From the NCBI RefSeq assembly GCF_001194135.2, contig NC_068995.1, positions 3,903,752 to 3,956,686 of the forward strand: a stretch of 52,935 nt of DNA. Direction: 5' to 3'. This document shows positions 40,333 through 52,935 of this stretch, piece by piece. The notes beneath the pieces were generated by a model. The model did not search any database and was not told the origin of the DNA. It saw only the letters and a program-made list of their open reading frames with translations. Position numbers and translations under genes: made by a program. Position 1 is the first letter of the stretch, and each line of letters starts with the position of its first letter. The stretch comes from Octopus bimaculoides. Its lineage: Eukaryota.

Positions 40333-40782
40333 TCTGATGCTTTTGGAAGAGGAATGGATATTTTTAAGTTGTCCGTATTTTTTGATATTCATCTGTAATA
40401 GTAACCATTGCCTGAGCCTTTTATATCCCGATACAACGATATAGAATATATTGTTTTACTTTAGAAGGATATTCTATGCATCTCGTGAAAACGAATATTT
40501 CTCAAATGCTATACAAAGACACGAAACCATTTCTTTATTGCAGAAACCGTTCTATTATCCACCATGATTCCTGCATATAAAATTCGGCCCCGACTCTTTA
40601 TCTGTAGAAGCAAGCTTTCCGATCTAAGCATAAATTCCATTCATCCGATCTGTATAGTTGAGCATCGTTTGACTGTAGTGAGACTATTTTAACAGAATGG
40701 TTCTTCTGTTAGATGGAATGATATCAAGATGAAATGGTACCAGACATATTTTATGTCTTCTCTCTCCACTTCTTTCTTTCTT

Positions 40783-40784
<2 letters not shown>

Positions 40785-40876
<92 letters not shown>
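40785..40876. repeat. (CT)n microsatellite
   Basis: Read directly from the sequence. Confidence 0.95.
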
Positions 40877-40880
<4 letters not shown>

Positions 40881-43800
40881 CATATTGCCATATTGATCGT
40901 ACCGTACAACAAGTAACTAAATTATGTAGCTTTTCGTTTTGGTGGAATTATCATCACAATTTACTAGTATATTTGGTGGAAATAAGAAAACTTTTTCTGG
41001 ATATTTTTTCTACTTTCTGATGGCTATCCATTTTTTTACCCATATTTTGTGAAGTCTTTGAAAATATTTCTGCTACTTTGAAATGAAAGAAAAACATATT
41101 GAAAATTCATAAATGAAACTTAACAATTATATCTGCTACCTTATCTTGTTCTTTTTATTACTTTTATCGTTATTCATATGCTTCTAAAACCGTAGTTTAG
41201 TTATCTATAAGGCTCCACTAGATAATACAGATAGATAAACTGAAGTAGACAGACAAATTTCTGTAAGTATTACGTTACAGATTTTTGATATTTTATTTAT
41301 CAAGGGTGATTTTAAAAAGTTTTGTGCTACACGTATCTACAAACTTGTTTACCAAAGTATCAATTAGTGTTTAAAATTAAATTTAAAAATAAATTCTTTA
41401 TTTAAACGCTGCTTATAATAAGATTAGAATTTCTTTCAAAATCCCATAACGCACAGGATTACTAATAGGTATTATTTTAATATAGTCACATTTTAGGCTT
41501 GATAAAAAAAAAGATAGAGAAGATTGGGCTTGTCACGTGAGATGTATAAATTATTCTGGACATGTAACTTATAAATATGTTGTGCATCTCTGTTAGAAAC
41601 AATATTTTGTCTATTGGTTTGACATTAATTATTTTTAATTTTAAATAATCAATTTTAATTTTAATTCTTCCTTTATATATGACGCATTTATAAAATTTAG
41701 GTTTGATAATACAGGCTTATCTGTTTTAAGAAATGTTTGATAGTAAAACACTTAAATCTTTCTAAGAGGTCTTGCATGATTCGAAGTCTTTTGTCGGTAT
41801 CTTCACTTTTGTTACAATAAAATCGGATTAACTAATATAACATTGGATTAATGATTCACATAGCATTTTTGTTGTCTCTATAAGGATGTCGATTTTGAAT
41901 ATTCCCTTCATTCTTATGATATTTGTGTTTTCTTCAGGTTAAAACGTTCTCATCGATTATTGTAACATTATAGTTCGAAAAAGATTGTAAAAAGACGAAA
42001 GATTCAAAAGACGAAGAATATTTATTGTACACGGCGTTAGAATTTTAATTTTTCGTAAATTCTGTAAATTTAAACTGACAACCAGTGATGCAATGATTCA
42101 GAATATGATATGTGGTGTATAAACAATAATTAGTCAGTTAATTATTACTGAACTTATTAGAGGAACTGAGTAACACAAAACAAAGCTCATATCAGAAATA
42201 TTTATGAATGATTGTGAAAGAAAAAAAGCGGGATAATATTTCCCAAAGGTTTCCTCCCACCCCCCAAACAGTCGATATACAGATATTTCTTGGGTCTTAC
42301 AGACCGAATCAATCGTTTTGAGGCAACATGTGGAGTGTCCATTTCTTTAATAATTAATTTACATATTCTTGAGTGTGTATTTTTATTGATAATTCAAAGC
42401 GATCTCGAAAAACGTGTTAGTGGTTTACTAATAGGATGTAGAATAAATTTACAAAATAAAAAAATTTAAAACTCTAGCTTATGCTGTTGAGGCCTCCATA
42501 TCTACAGTCCCACTCGAATCCTAATTATTAACAAATAATAGTAGATATTTGTCTTGAATCTAATTCTCACCAATATAAGATGGTGAAACCTCAGTTTTCA
42601 GTATCAGGGGAAGGTTTTCTATTAAGAAGCTAAATTGAAGCAAAGTTAAATTGTCAAAGTTAATTAGTCGATGGAAGATAAATTGTCTCAATGAGAATAT
42701 ATTATAGGCAGTAAATCTCCAAATTACACACGATTTCTGTACTTCAGTATTATTGCATAGTTTCATGTCAGCAGAACTGTCATAATATGCACAAATTTAT
42801 TTAATTCGGTTAGTATAACTTATATGAGTTGAATGGAAATTGTAAAACAGAAGCGACAAACTTTCTACAATTTATGTACGTTGTGCGTTGCCATTACTTC
42901 CAACTGCACGCCAATACCTTCATGTTGTTAGGCGAAAAAATTTTCTTGTGATGCATGAAAAAAGTGCAAGTTATTTACAATGTAATGAAATTTCAAGTTC
43001 TGAATTGCTTCTGGCATAAAAATTCCAATATGGCACCGTTTGGTAAATATTTTCTAAAAGCAACAATAGTTTCTAAATTACGAATATTTAGTAGTAATCT
43101 TATATGAGTGATTACCAGACACTGAAATTGTAATTAACACCTTGTGCAATTTCTTTCCGAAGAGAATTGAGTGTGAAGCAAAGTTCAATTGCTTTGCGCA
43201 TGTCATTAACATTTATAGAATTTATGCCAAGCTTCATGATACTTCATGCTTCCGGTTGACGCGTTCGCTAGGTAAAGATTCCATGTTTAATTTGAAATAC
43301 TATAAATAGAATTCGGAATATTGATTACTGACTTTCAAAAAATTAACATAAACATTGACTTAAACAAACTGAATTATATAATCGTAAAAAACATTCAATT
43401 CACGTTTATAGAATTCGTTGGACGAACTTTGCCAAATAAAGCATGATACATTCATTAATTGCTACCACTTTTCTTTTTGCTTTTTGGTCACGTGTTGTGC
43501 ATCATTGTTATTTATTTTGAACACATACAACTGCCTTAAAGCTAGATATAATTGGAAACCTACAAAATATACTTTTTAAATAGGAAAGCGATACGCTAGG
43601 CCTAACAAAGAGAATGTTTCAAGAAAGTTACAGATCTGATCTCAAAATACTTTTAGCAAAATTAAGCTAAAATATTTTGAAATAACATTTGTGAAAAATA
43701 ATGGCTCGCAGAGAATTTATCAGGATAGAGGTTAACCTATTTTTACATCTCTGAGAAGCTAAAAACGTAAATATTAATTTATTACATATTAATGAAATAT

Positions 43801-44714
43801 TTCCGGTTTCTCTAAACTGTGTTCGTAAAAACCATGAATTTTCTTTCGATAGCGTTGTTTTTAAATTCATAAATATCTGAAATATCATAAAGATACTAAA
43901 ATCAGTCATTTATATACAGTAATTATAATTTTGAAAGTAGATCTGGATAAAGTTCCTTCCTAAACCTAATCATATTCCATTCGAATATTTTCGGCTACAC
44001 AACTGTCTTGTTTCTTTCTAGAATCAAATATCCTGCTATGAGATCCAACGCCCGTATGCTGCGGCCTCGATTTGATCTTGAAAAGTCACAGCCGAGGCTC
44101 ACCTCTGGGTAAATACTGGAACTTTTCGTCGCATGTTATTGCTGAGGAGCTTTATCAGACCTACTTCAGTACAATCGCTTCCAACTCTTACATTAGTTAA
44201 TACATTAATTGAAAGTTTATTCCCGATGAATTCAACTTCATTTAGTTTCATGCTTTCACATTCTCCAGCTCGTTCTGTCATTCTTTCCACCATTTTACGA
44301 ATACATCCATCAACACATAATTGATTGAATCATTGATTGTTACATTTGAATAGCTTAGTCTAAGGAGGAGGGACAGTGCCCATAGTCCATTTTACGGCCT
44401 CTGCTACTCGTGGCTGGAAGTGAGAGAATTATGTTTAGATCTTTCCTGAAAACATACAACAGAATATTCTTCATTAGATCACTTAAGGGCCACGTGACAA
44501 TTTTAAACCGAGTGACATATGAAGGCTAGCACGAAAAATATATGATAGAAAGTCGACTCAAATACTGTAATTATAGATGACCTTAAAACGATGAGATAGT
44601 CAAAGATGGAAAGGTCGTAGATCAATAATAGTTAACGTGAACAAATATCTAGTAGTTATTTTATTAGAGGACCCTTGATGGGATTCGAACCAGAGATATA
44701 CAAAGTAATGGTTT

Positions 44715-44850
44715 CTGATTTGGGCGCAAAGTCAGCAATTTGAGGGACGGACGTAGATCGCTACTCTTGATCCTAGTATTTGACCAATACTGTATTTTAT
44801 CGAACCCTGGGGGATGAAGGGTAAAGGTGACCTCAACGAGATTTGAAATG
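44715..44850 (-). mobile_element. SINE family 1 fragment
   Basis: tattttatcgaaccctgggggatgaagggtaaaggtgacctcaacgagatttgaa. Confidence 0.6.
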
Positions 44851-45904
44851 AGAGAAATTATTACATAACATAGATTTTATATGATTTATTTGCTCTATGG
44901 ATGGTCTTATTACATTCCGATCACTGGCGTAAACTGAATTAATTAAATCTAGACTATTTATTTTATTAGATTGAATTATTTTTCGTACAGTAATATATTT
45001 TCTGTCTATCTATTAGTTATGTCTTCTGTACTTAACCAATCAATACTTTTTATTTGGTTAAGATAAACTTAGTAAATTTTTATTTACCTTTCTGAATAGT
45101 AATAAGTAAATTCTGTTTATCATTCACAACTGAAATTTTATATTCAGCAATAAAACTACCGAATTTATCAGTAAAAAAACTATAAAAATATTCTATATTA
45201 TATTTGTGGTTTATGTTCACTGCTTTCTATTGAAGCTCATAGGCAGTTATTACGTCATATTCCAAATAATGATTTAACTTGTCTTCGAAAGCAATATTCA
45301 GGATTTGATTTCCATATCAAAATACTTCTTTTCATTATCTCTCCCAATTATCAGCTCCATTCATATTTACTGTGACACCCATTATACACAACGAGACCTA
45401 TATACATATCAATGACCACGCTGACTTTTAACATGTGCAAATGGCGGAATCAACGGAGCATCAGGAAAATGTCGTTCGGCATTCAGTTCTCTCCCTTTAA
45501 AACCAAAGCGTGGCTGTGTGGTAAGAAGTTTGCTTCCCAACCAAATGCTTTGGTTTCTCGCAGTTTTGAATTTAGATTCTTGAAGCAGTTTCATTTATAT
45601 CATGAATTCTCTTAGAAAATCTGTTTAAAATTCCATAGATTCAAATCAAATTGTTGGCGTTGATATAAAAATTTCTTATTTTGCGGCAGACGGCTTTTAC
45701 AAAGTTCTGTGCGATGTACAATTGTATCATGATGAATATATTTAGCAGGTGGAAATAAGGGTGATAACGGGTTAGATGCTATTTACAGTAATAGACATAA
45801 GGCATGTAACTACGGGGTAGAAATGAGGTAGGAAGAACAAAAAGAGGATACGTTAGAAAGAACGGGAAGTATCCAAAGTGACTACAAAGCGAATTGCAAT
45901 CATA

Positions 45905-46340
45905 CTATTGGTTTGGAATTTTGGCAGAAGGCTTGGGGGAGCAGCCAAGTCGATTATATCGACCCCCAGTAATTTTTTTATCGATTCCTAATTGACGAGA
46001 GGAAAAGTCGACCCCGGCTGAATTTGAACTCAGAACATAAAGACGGACGAAATGCTGCTAAGCATTTTGTTCGGGGTGGTAGCGATTCTGCCAGATTACC
46101 GCCTTGAATGGCAATGATAATATTGATTTCAAATTTTAGCTCTAGCCCAACAATTTCGGGGGAGGGTTAAGTCGATTACATCAATCCCAGTATATGACTG
46201 GTACTTATTTTATCGACCTCGAAAGGATGAGAGACAAAGTCGACCTCGGCAGAATTTGAACTCAGAACGTGAAGATGGACGAAAGGTCGCAAAACATTTT
46301 TTCCCGGCTTGCTAACGATTCCGCCTGCTCGCCGCTTTTA
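45905..46340 (-). mobile_element. Head-to-tail dimer of SINE family 1
   Basis: Two consecutive near-full copies (about 45905-46107 and 46122-46340), each with gtcgatta.atc.a.ccc..tttatcga..aaagtcgacc.cggc.gaatttgaactcagaac..gacgaaa..gc.aa.catttt. Confidence 0.85.
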
Positions 46341-46739
46341 ATTGCAATTATAATATTGACAATGAAAACGATAAAATAACTCACAATTATTAAAAATCGG
46401 TCGCTTTATTTGTAATTCCTCTCCCTGATCAACATTAAGAATATTCCGAGACTTGTTCCTCTGCCTTGTGTCTTGTTTTCTGGAATATTTTCTCTCTTGT
46501 CATTTAATTATTCCTTATCAGTTTTAATTACCGAATACATAAAATGTTTGTTAGAATACAAAACAGAAAAGCAACAACAACAAAATGCATGGCATTAAAC
46601 GGCAAAGAATTATAGTATTCGTTGTTTCTTGCCTGGTTCTCGGTTCCCCTTCTTGGTTCCCATTCCTCGTTAAACTGTAAGTGTCTCTGAAATATGGAGA
46701 AGAATTACAAGTTCTATATCTTTTTTCTTTCATGATCTA

Positions 46740-47015
46740 CATTGAGGTGCACGGTAGACTGTAGCATTATTTTGATGTCACGGGATGAAGTGATCGACTA
46801 CATAATCGGATGTTGAATGACGTCACCCTGCTGGCTAGGCAAACGTTCTTCTCGTCGGAAGGATAGTCCGTCGCGGAGTGACCCATTTACAACTGAGTGG
46901 ACTGGAGGAACATGATATGAACTGTTTTACCCAAGGAAACAACGCGCCATTCGGTCCGAGAATCGAACTGCCATCTGGCGATCGTGTTTGCAACATCCTA
47001 AACACTAAGCCACGG
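46740..47015 (-). mobile_element. SINE family 2 copy
   Basis: Reverse complement reads cgtggcttagtgtttagg..gttcgattctcggacc..ccttgggtaaaacag..ccagtccactcagttgtaaatgggt. Confidence 0.7.
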
Positions 47016-48784
47016 ATCTTCACGTTTTGATAAAACAATGAGAAATTCCCTGATATTTAAAGAATTTATTGTAACCGAATTACTCATTCCACGTCAGTAA
47101 TTCAATTCTTTTGAAAGAAAATATTAACGCAATACTTTAAAGAACGTGGAAAGACTCATGTTAACATTTTTGAAGTTTCTGATATATTAAGATAAATGTT
47201 AGAAAACATTATCCACCATATTTGATGTTACCAAAGTAAAGGGATATATTATCGATCACTTATCTATTAGACGTGTGCGAAAACCTTCTCGCTATAATTA
47301 CTTTGACTTTCATCTAATCGATCGTCAGACCAACTTTGCAGAAAATTTAAGTTCTTGCATATTTTAAAATTTCTTTGTTTCCAGGTTATCTAGGAAACTC
47401 GATGTAAATATTCAAATTGAAGAAGACATGGTGTGTTAATGTAAAACAATGTATTAGGCTAGATATAGTTTTATGTCCCCGTTTCTTAATTCCTCGTTCT
47501 ATCTCTTACCATCTCTCCTATAAACAGGCCTCGCTATCTATCTTCGCACATGGTTCAGCAAGCAGTTTTCGTATTTCTATTTGTAACACTTAGCTGTATA
47601 AAAATATACGAATTAATAAATTCGTTAAAAACCACATGCATCGAGAAGAGGTTAAAGATTATTGATTGGCCGCATAACTTGAATGAAGCTCCTTCTTCGA
47701 ACCCACAGTGTTGTAAATGCAAAGACAACCTAAAAGCGGTTTTCGAAATCAAAACGTAGACATGTAGCTACTAAATTCTAGATATGAAACAGGGTATTTT
47801 TATGGGTGCTATCTTCAATAATACATGCATGGACGCATGTTATATAGGAAATTATATACAATCTTTCACACACACACGCATACACATACACGCACGCACG
47901 TATACGTGTATGTGTATGCGTATAGGTGTTCAACTTTTGCCGAACGACCTGCACAAGTTCAAATAATGACATAAAAAAATCTATTGTTGAGAAAACTGGA
48001 ATTAAGAACAGGTTACTGTACTTTATGTGGTGAGCTGAAAAAGTATTTTATTATATATAATAATATAGCTTATGTTATTAACCTAATGGAGAAAATCTTC
48101 AGCGTTAGTGAAAACTTGTTACGCACAAAATACTATTTCTTTTCGATGTTCTGTTGTTTTCGTAGCTGTGAGCTGAACATGCTTGTCTAAGAAGATCCAG
48201 TAAGAATTTATCGCTATAACTGCCGAAGATCATAGCTATTCCCCGTGTAGGTCTCCATTAAAATTAATTTTTGGTTATTGGAACTGTCACAGATTTTCTC
48301 CCTTATCTCTTGTGAGAAGAAATTTTTATCAACGCAAAAAATAATTTTGTCATTAATGTCACATAATTAATAAAATTATTTTCAGGTCATCGTGTCTATT
48401 ATGGTAGTTTGGCGTAGCTAATGATTGTCTAGTCACTGGCAAACTTTGCATATCGCTTATGTATTATTAAACACGACGAATATGAAATGCTTTTCTCTAT
48501 CATCTCCATAGTTCGATACCCGTTCGATTGTCAGTAATTCATCAATTAATTTCAGAAAAGAAGTCATAAAATTTGATATGATCAGATCTCGTGATTTTAA
48601 AGATTTATCTGCGTGTTAAGCCGAAACTTTTAAACTTCACTTGCTATTAATATTAATCTTCGAATCTCGCTTTGAACCCATTATTTATCAGGTTTTTTTT
48701 TCTAAGAACAGCTTCATATAACTCGCATCAAACAAATTTCCTTTTTAGGAAATCGATAATGCCTAAGCAGTAACTTAGCTCTCT

Positions 48785-49035
48785 CTATATATGAGTGGAC
48801 CAATCGAAAGAAGTTCTACAGAGCCTATGGCCTTTTTCAGGGTCTTTAGAAATGGTAGAGGATTGTTTCTATATATATCAAGGGGCCAATCGAAGAAAGA
48901 TGTACAGAGCCTATGGCTTTTTTAAGGGCCTCTTGAAAAGGTGAAGGGACGTTCATCTATATATCGACGAACCAATCAGAGGATGTACAGAGCCTTTGAA
49001 CTTTTGGGGGCCACTAGAAATGGTAGAGGGATGCT
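48785..49035. repeat. Three diverged tandem copies of an ~86-bp unit (TATATA..CCAATC..TACAGAGCCT..AGAAATGGTAGAGG)
   Basis: CCAAT at 48800, 48886 and 48972 (spacing 86, 86); TACAGAGCCT at 48817, 48903 and 48986. Confidence 0.85.
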
Positions 49036-49874
49036 CCTCGGAGCTTATTACTCTCATAACTCCACTACTCTGTCACACAACTTACAGTATTTGACGACAC
49101 AAAAGACGCGCGGACATATTAGACGCACAACATTTTCGTGCTCAACTTTGCTTTTAGGACCCGGGGTGATTGTTTTGAGACACTTTGACACTTCTTTGAA
49201 AAAGGGTTGCGTCTTATATACCATCAAGTACGGTTCTTGTTTCTCGACCTCTCGTCACCTTTGTTGTGTCCACTGCTTCACCACTCCGTCCTAACCGCTA
49301 TAGATGTCCTTCCTCAGCAAACCATCGCCCCAATGGCGGGCGTCTTCTCCTTGCTCATATCTTTCAAGCAGGTATTCACCTGCAACCGTTTATGTGGAAT
49401 ATTAATGAAATCAAGCTCAATGGTTCTAGAGAGTCAGCAAGAGGAAAGGGCTCTACCTCTTCCTCTGGACTTACAAGTAAAAAGTTAATCACCAAATTCT
49501 GAACTAATTTGTGCAACAAAGTACGTTTCACTAATTTGTATGTGGTGTGTGTCAGTGTATATGCGTATGTGCGTGTATGTGCATGGTGTGTGTATGTGCG
49601 TGTGTGTGTGTCTGTCTGTGTGTGTGTTTGTGTGTGTGTGTGCGTGGTGAGTGTATAAGCCAAAGAATATGGAAAGTACTCATGACGTTTTGCTGACCTC
49701 CACCCATCAGACATGTGAGTTTTCAGTGGCCTATGATTTAACTCCCTGGAAAACATCGTTACCAGCTGGTTTATCGTCACACGATCTGTGTCCTGGAAGA
49801 AATGCTTACCTGGGGTTAAAATGTAGTAACATAGTCCTAGTCAGGACTGTCACGTTATGTTTGCAAATAAACTT

Positions 49875-49878
<4 letters not shown>

Positions 49879-49945
<67 letters not shown>

Positions 49946-50046
49946 TATATAGAGAGAGAGAGAGATATAGATAGATAGATAGATAGATAGATATAGATAT
50001 AGATATAGAAACAGATAGATAGGTACATACATACATACACACATAC

Positions 50047-50077
<31 letters not shown>

Positions 50078-50110
50078 TGTATGTATGTATGTATGTATGT
50101 ATGTATGTTT
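49879..50110. repeat. Compound (CT)(TA)(GA)(AGAT)(ATGT) microsatellite
   Basis: Read directly from the sequence. Confidence 0.9.
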
Positions 50111-52087
50111 GTGTATGTTTGAGAGCATGTATGTATATCACAGCAGAAACATCTACACCATAGACCTCTCACTCTCATGATGTTATCCATTTCTTCCAGA
50201 AACAGGGAAGTGTTGAGATCAGGCGTAACAGCCTCTTTTCAGCTGACATTTTACAAAAACCCATAAAAAGAAACTATAAAACATGGCGGACATGAACGGG
50301 ATGAAACATGAAACAGCGGCTTAAAAACCAATATAGTGGAAAATAATCGTATTTAATTCATTTTCTTGGATGATATTCCTAATTTGGTCAAATTTTCTTT
50401 TAATCCAGCAAATATCGATAAAGTGAATCCAATAAATCTACGAATCGAATCATTGAACTGTCCATTCTAAAACTGTCATTTTACAAAACACACAAAAACG
50501 ATAATAATATTCGCTTACATTTTTCTTTTAATTCCTACTTGTTAAGGATTGATTCTGGGGGCGGAATATCGTATTTTGCCATACAAGGGGGCATAGAATT
50601 GAGCGAAATATCGTTTTTTTTCCATACAAGAATTGGAGGCTGAGTAACTGAATATATTTCAAACGAAGTTTAATAAATATTCGTGCGTTAATCCGAAAGT
50701 TTCTACTTATATTTAAGTTCTTATATCTCAACGATCTAATTCAATATTATTCAAGTAATTTTTTTGATAAAAGGCCAATTCTGTATATGTTATATAAAGG
50801 TAGGGAGTAAAAAAAGAAATAGAAAATAAAATACAACGTTAAATTGATTACATAAATAATTGGTTAATTACAACCTTTCAGAATAGAAGAAATAATCTTT
50901 TAAATTTAGGTGATTCTGTAACTGATTTCTAAAGTTAAGCTTTAAGAGAAAATCGGAAGCAATAAATTCGATATAAAAGAGATTTACTAGAAGCTGGAAA
51001 CATAATCTTTTTTTTTATGGTAAATATTTATTTATAAAGTAATCGGCTTTAAAATAATGTCTTGCACGAAAATCTAATTTTTGTTTTCCAATAGAAATGA
51101 TTGATTTCCAAACTTTACATATACCCCCACCCACACGGAACACTAACAGATAGACTGAAATGCTAAAATTAATGAAGTTTGTTTTTGTTATATGTACATT
51201 AAAATAAGTTATTTATTTATATAATATTTTATGTTATAAATGACTATTTTAATGTCAAAAACGGTTATTTACATATTATTTTCGCTTCTTTAAGCTTGAT
51301 ATCCAATTTTATAGAACATGGAGCCTTGAGAATGGAATGTTGGGATACAATCATAACTTTCACTGATAACACTGACAAAACCAGCGTCAGTGGAATGGTT
51401 GCATGACTCGAGAAGCGAATTAAAATTATTAATATTCTGTCAAACAAACTACCATTCGTTATGAAATAACGTCATACAAGAAGATGTTTTCTCAAATACG
51501 TGTCATTGTTTAGGAAATAAATGGAATGGTTAATATTCTAACAATACCAGCGATCTGCAATGGAGTTCTGGGAAAATATAAAATAAAAAAGATTGATATT
51601 CTTCTTGTGTTATAGAATGATAAGAAACTATATTTATAGGGGAAAAAATTACTAAATATGGCAGTTTCTACATGAGACCTAGTGTCGACAGAACTCGGGA
51701 AAATATTTGTGCACAATGGGCAAGCGTTCACAGCACCACGTGTCTTTTACCTTAGTCTCAGATCGATCAAGTCTCCGGGAATGAAATTTGGTAGATGAAA
51801 ACTATGGAAACCTGTCGGACCATTCCAATTTTCGGGGTTTTAGAATTCATCCATTGCTAGTAATAATACCATCAATGAGCTCTTAACTGATTTTAGTGGA
51901 ATCTTCTCAGTTGCAAATAATCAGGTCAGGTCTTTAGTCTAAAGATAATATTTTTCATTTTGCTGTCAGTTTCGAAGCCCCTTAAAGGAATCGCTGTTCC
52001 TTCTCCTTTTGCGAACACTTTAAAACAAAATTACAGAGAAGTACTTGCATAGCAAGTGACATGATCTGAGATCGTGTGCTGAAACAA

Positions 52088-52380
52088 AAACAATTACAGG
52101 GTGAAAGGTGTTTATATGCCATTTAAAAACACACAAAAGCCGTTAGATTTACTTCAACATTTAAATCTAATTTACCAAAATATTTTCATCGCTTTGAAAT
52201 CGCGACCTCTTCACTGATAAAATTCCGTGCTGCATCTTACTGAATTTTGTCAGTGAACAGGTCGCGGTCTGAAAGCGATGAAAATTAGTTTGGTAAATTA
52301 AATTTAAATGTTGAAGTGAATCTAACGATTTTTGTGTGTTTTTAAATGGCTTATAAACACCTTCCACCCTGTAATTGTTT
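52088..52380. mobile_element. Near-fully palindromic MITE, Tc1/mariner-type termini (TA-CAGGGTG...CACCCTG-TA)
   Basis: 52088-~52227 is the reverse complement of ~52244-52380 with scattered mismatches; the central loop is about 16 nt. TA flanks at 52095-96 and 52372-73. Confidence 0.8.
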
Positions 52381-52439
52381 AAAATAAACACAAATAAACA
52401 ATTTAGCATTCTAAATGCAACCTCGTGAACATGATAGGT

Positions 52440-52690
52440 GAATACTATAAAGCAACGGTAAATGTTACATTCTCAAGTCATACCGACTCATAAGGGCCGG
52501 CTTCCATGGCGTATGAATTCTCCACCTGTATGGAACACCGATCCATCACTGGATTATTCAGTTTTGCCAGCCGACTGGATTGGACGAATGTGAAATGAAG
52601 AACATAATTCATCACCTGGTCCAGGAATTGAAGCCACCATCTTACGATCATGAGTACAACACCCTAACCACTAAGCCACGCGCCTCTAGA
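52440..52690 (-). mobile_element. tRNA-headed SINE copy (family 2-like head)
   Basis: Reverse complement begins gaggcgcgtggcttagtggttagggtgttgtactcatgatcgtaagatggtggcttcaattcctggacc (A and B boxes). Confidence 0.7.
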
Positions 52691-52887
52691 GGTGAATGGT
52701 ATTGGCGTACCTAATGCATTATTAGAAGAACTTGGATCAAGAGACGTAATTTATTTTCTGTGCAATAAATGTATATTAATATCATTAGTACTTCGGTCCC
52801 GTTTGACGAAAGTCTAAGAGAAATGTTGTTGGAGAAGAAGAAAGATGTCGATTACCTACGATGCCGATTATATAAAGAAGTAGAGTC

Positions 52888-52935
<48 letters not shown>

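Noticed and set aside
44022-44200. + strand acceptor followed by ..*DPTPVCCGL..HVIAEELY, reminiscent of TRPC DPTLIAEGL
   Set aside because: In-frame TGA at 44039-41 in the required phase, and the rest does not align to S4.
48785-49035. Regularly spaced repeats as a CRISPR-like array
   Set aside because: Eukaryotic context, whole units are homologous with no unique spacers, only three units and no cas genes.
48941-49502. Overlapping + strand ORFs of 78-117 aa
   Set aside because: No family motif. The minus strand shows faint LINE-like fragments (LKDMSKEKTP), suggesting decayed retroelement sequence, but too weak to call as a feature.

Overview
Eukaryotic, AT-rich, microsatellite-dense draft-scaffold sequence with 11 N-gaps totalling about 4.7 kb. 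The tRNA-headed SINE families and simple-repeat load look like an octopod cephalopod genome; this is inferred from repeat signatures, not searched. The only well-supported gene is part of a + strand TRPC (canonical TRP) cation channel, TRPC3/6/7-like. Five GT-AG exons (4358-4675, 6318-6476, 12468-12632, 19608-19767, 21068-21247) splice in one frame to about 327 codons covering the last ankyrin repeat, the TRP_2/Zn motif, the helical linker, pre-S1 and S1-S3. The start lies upstream of the window, and I could not find the S4-S6/pore exons in the remaining ~31 kb. The rest is intron filled with three SINE families, two mariner relics, a near-fully palindromic Tc1/mariner-type MITE, degenerate Penelope-like fragments and microsatellites. 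Most ORF-track entries are microsatellite or N-run artefacts. There are no prokaryotic-type systems (CRISPR, operons), and I could not support a wholly new biological system. The most interesting signals are splicing-level: a 93-nt stop-free intron followed by a candidate 42-nt micro-exon or alternative terminal exon, an (ATCT)16 tract abutting an acceptor, candidate nested antisense exons, and an 86-bp-period CCAAT/TATA repeat triplet.
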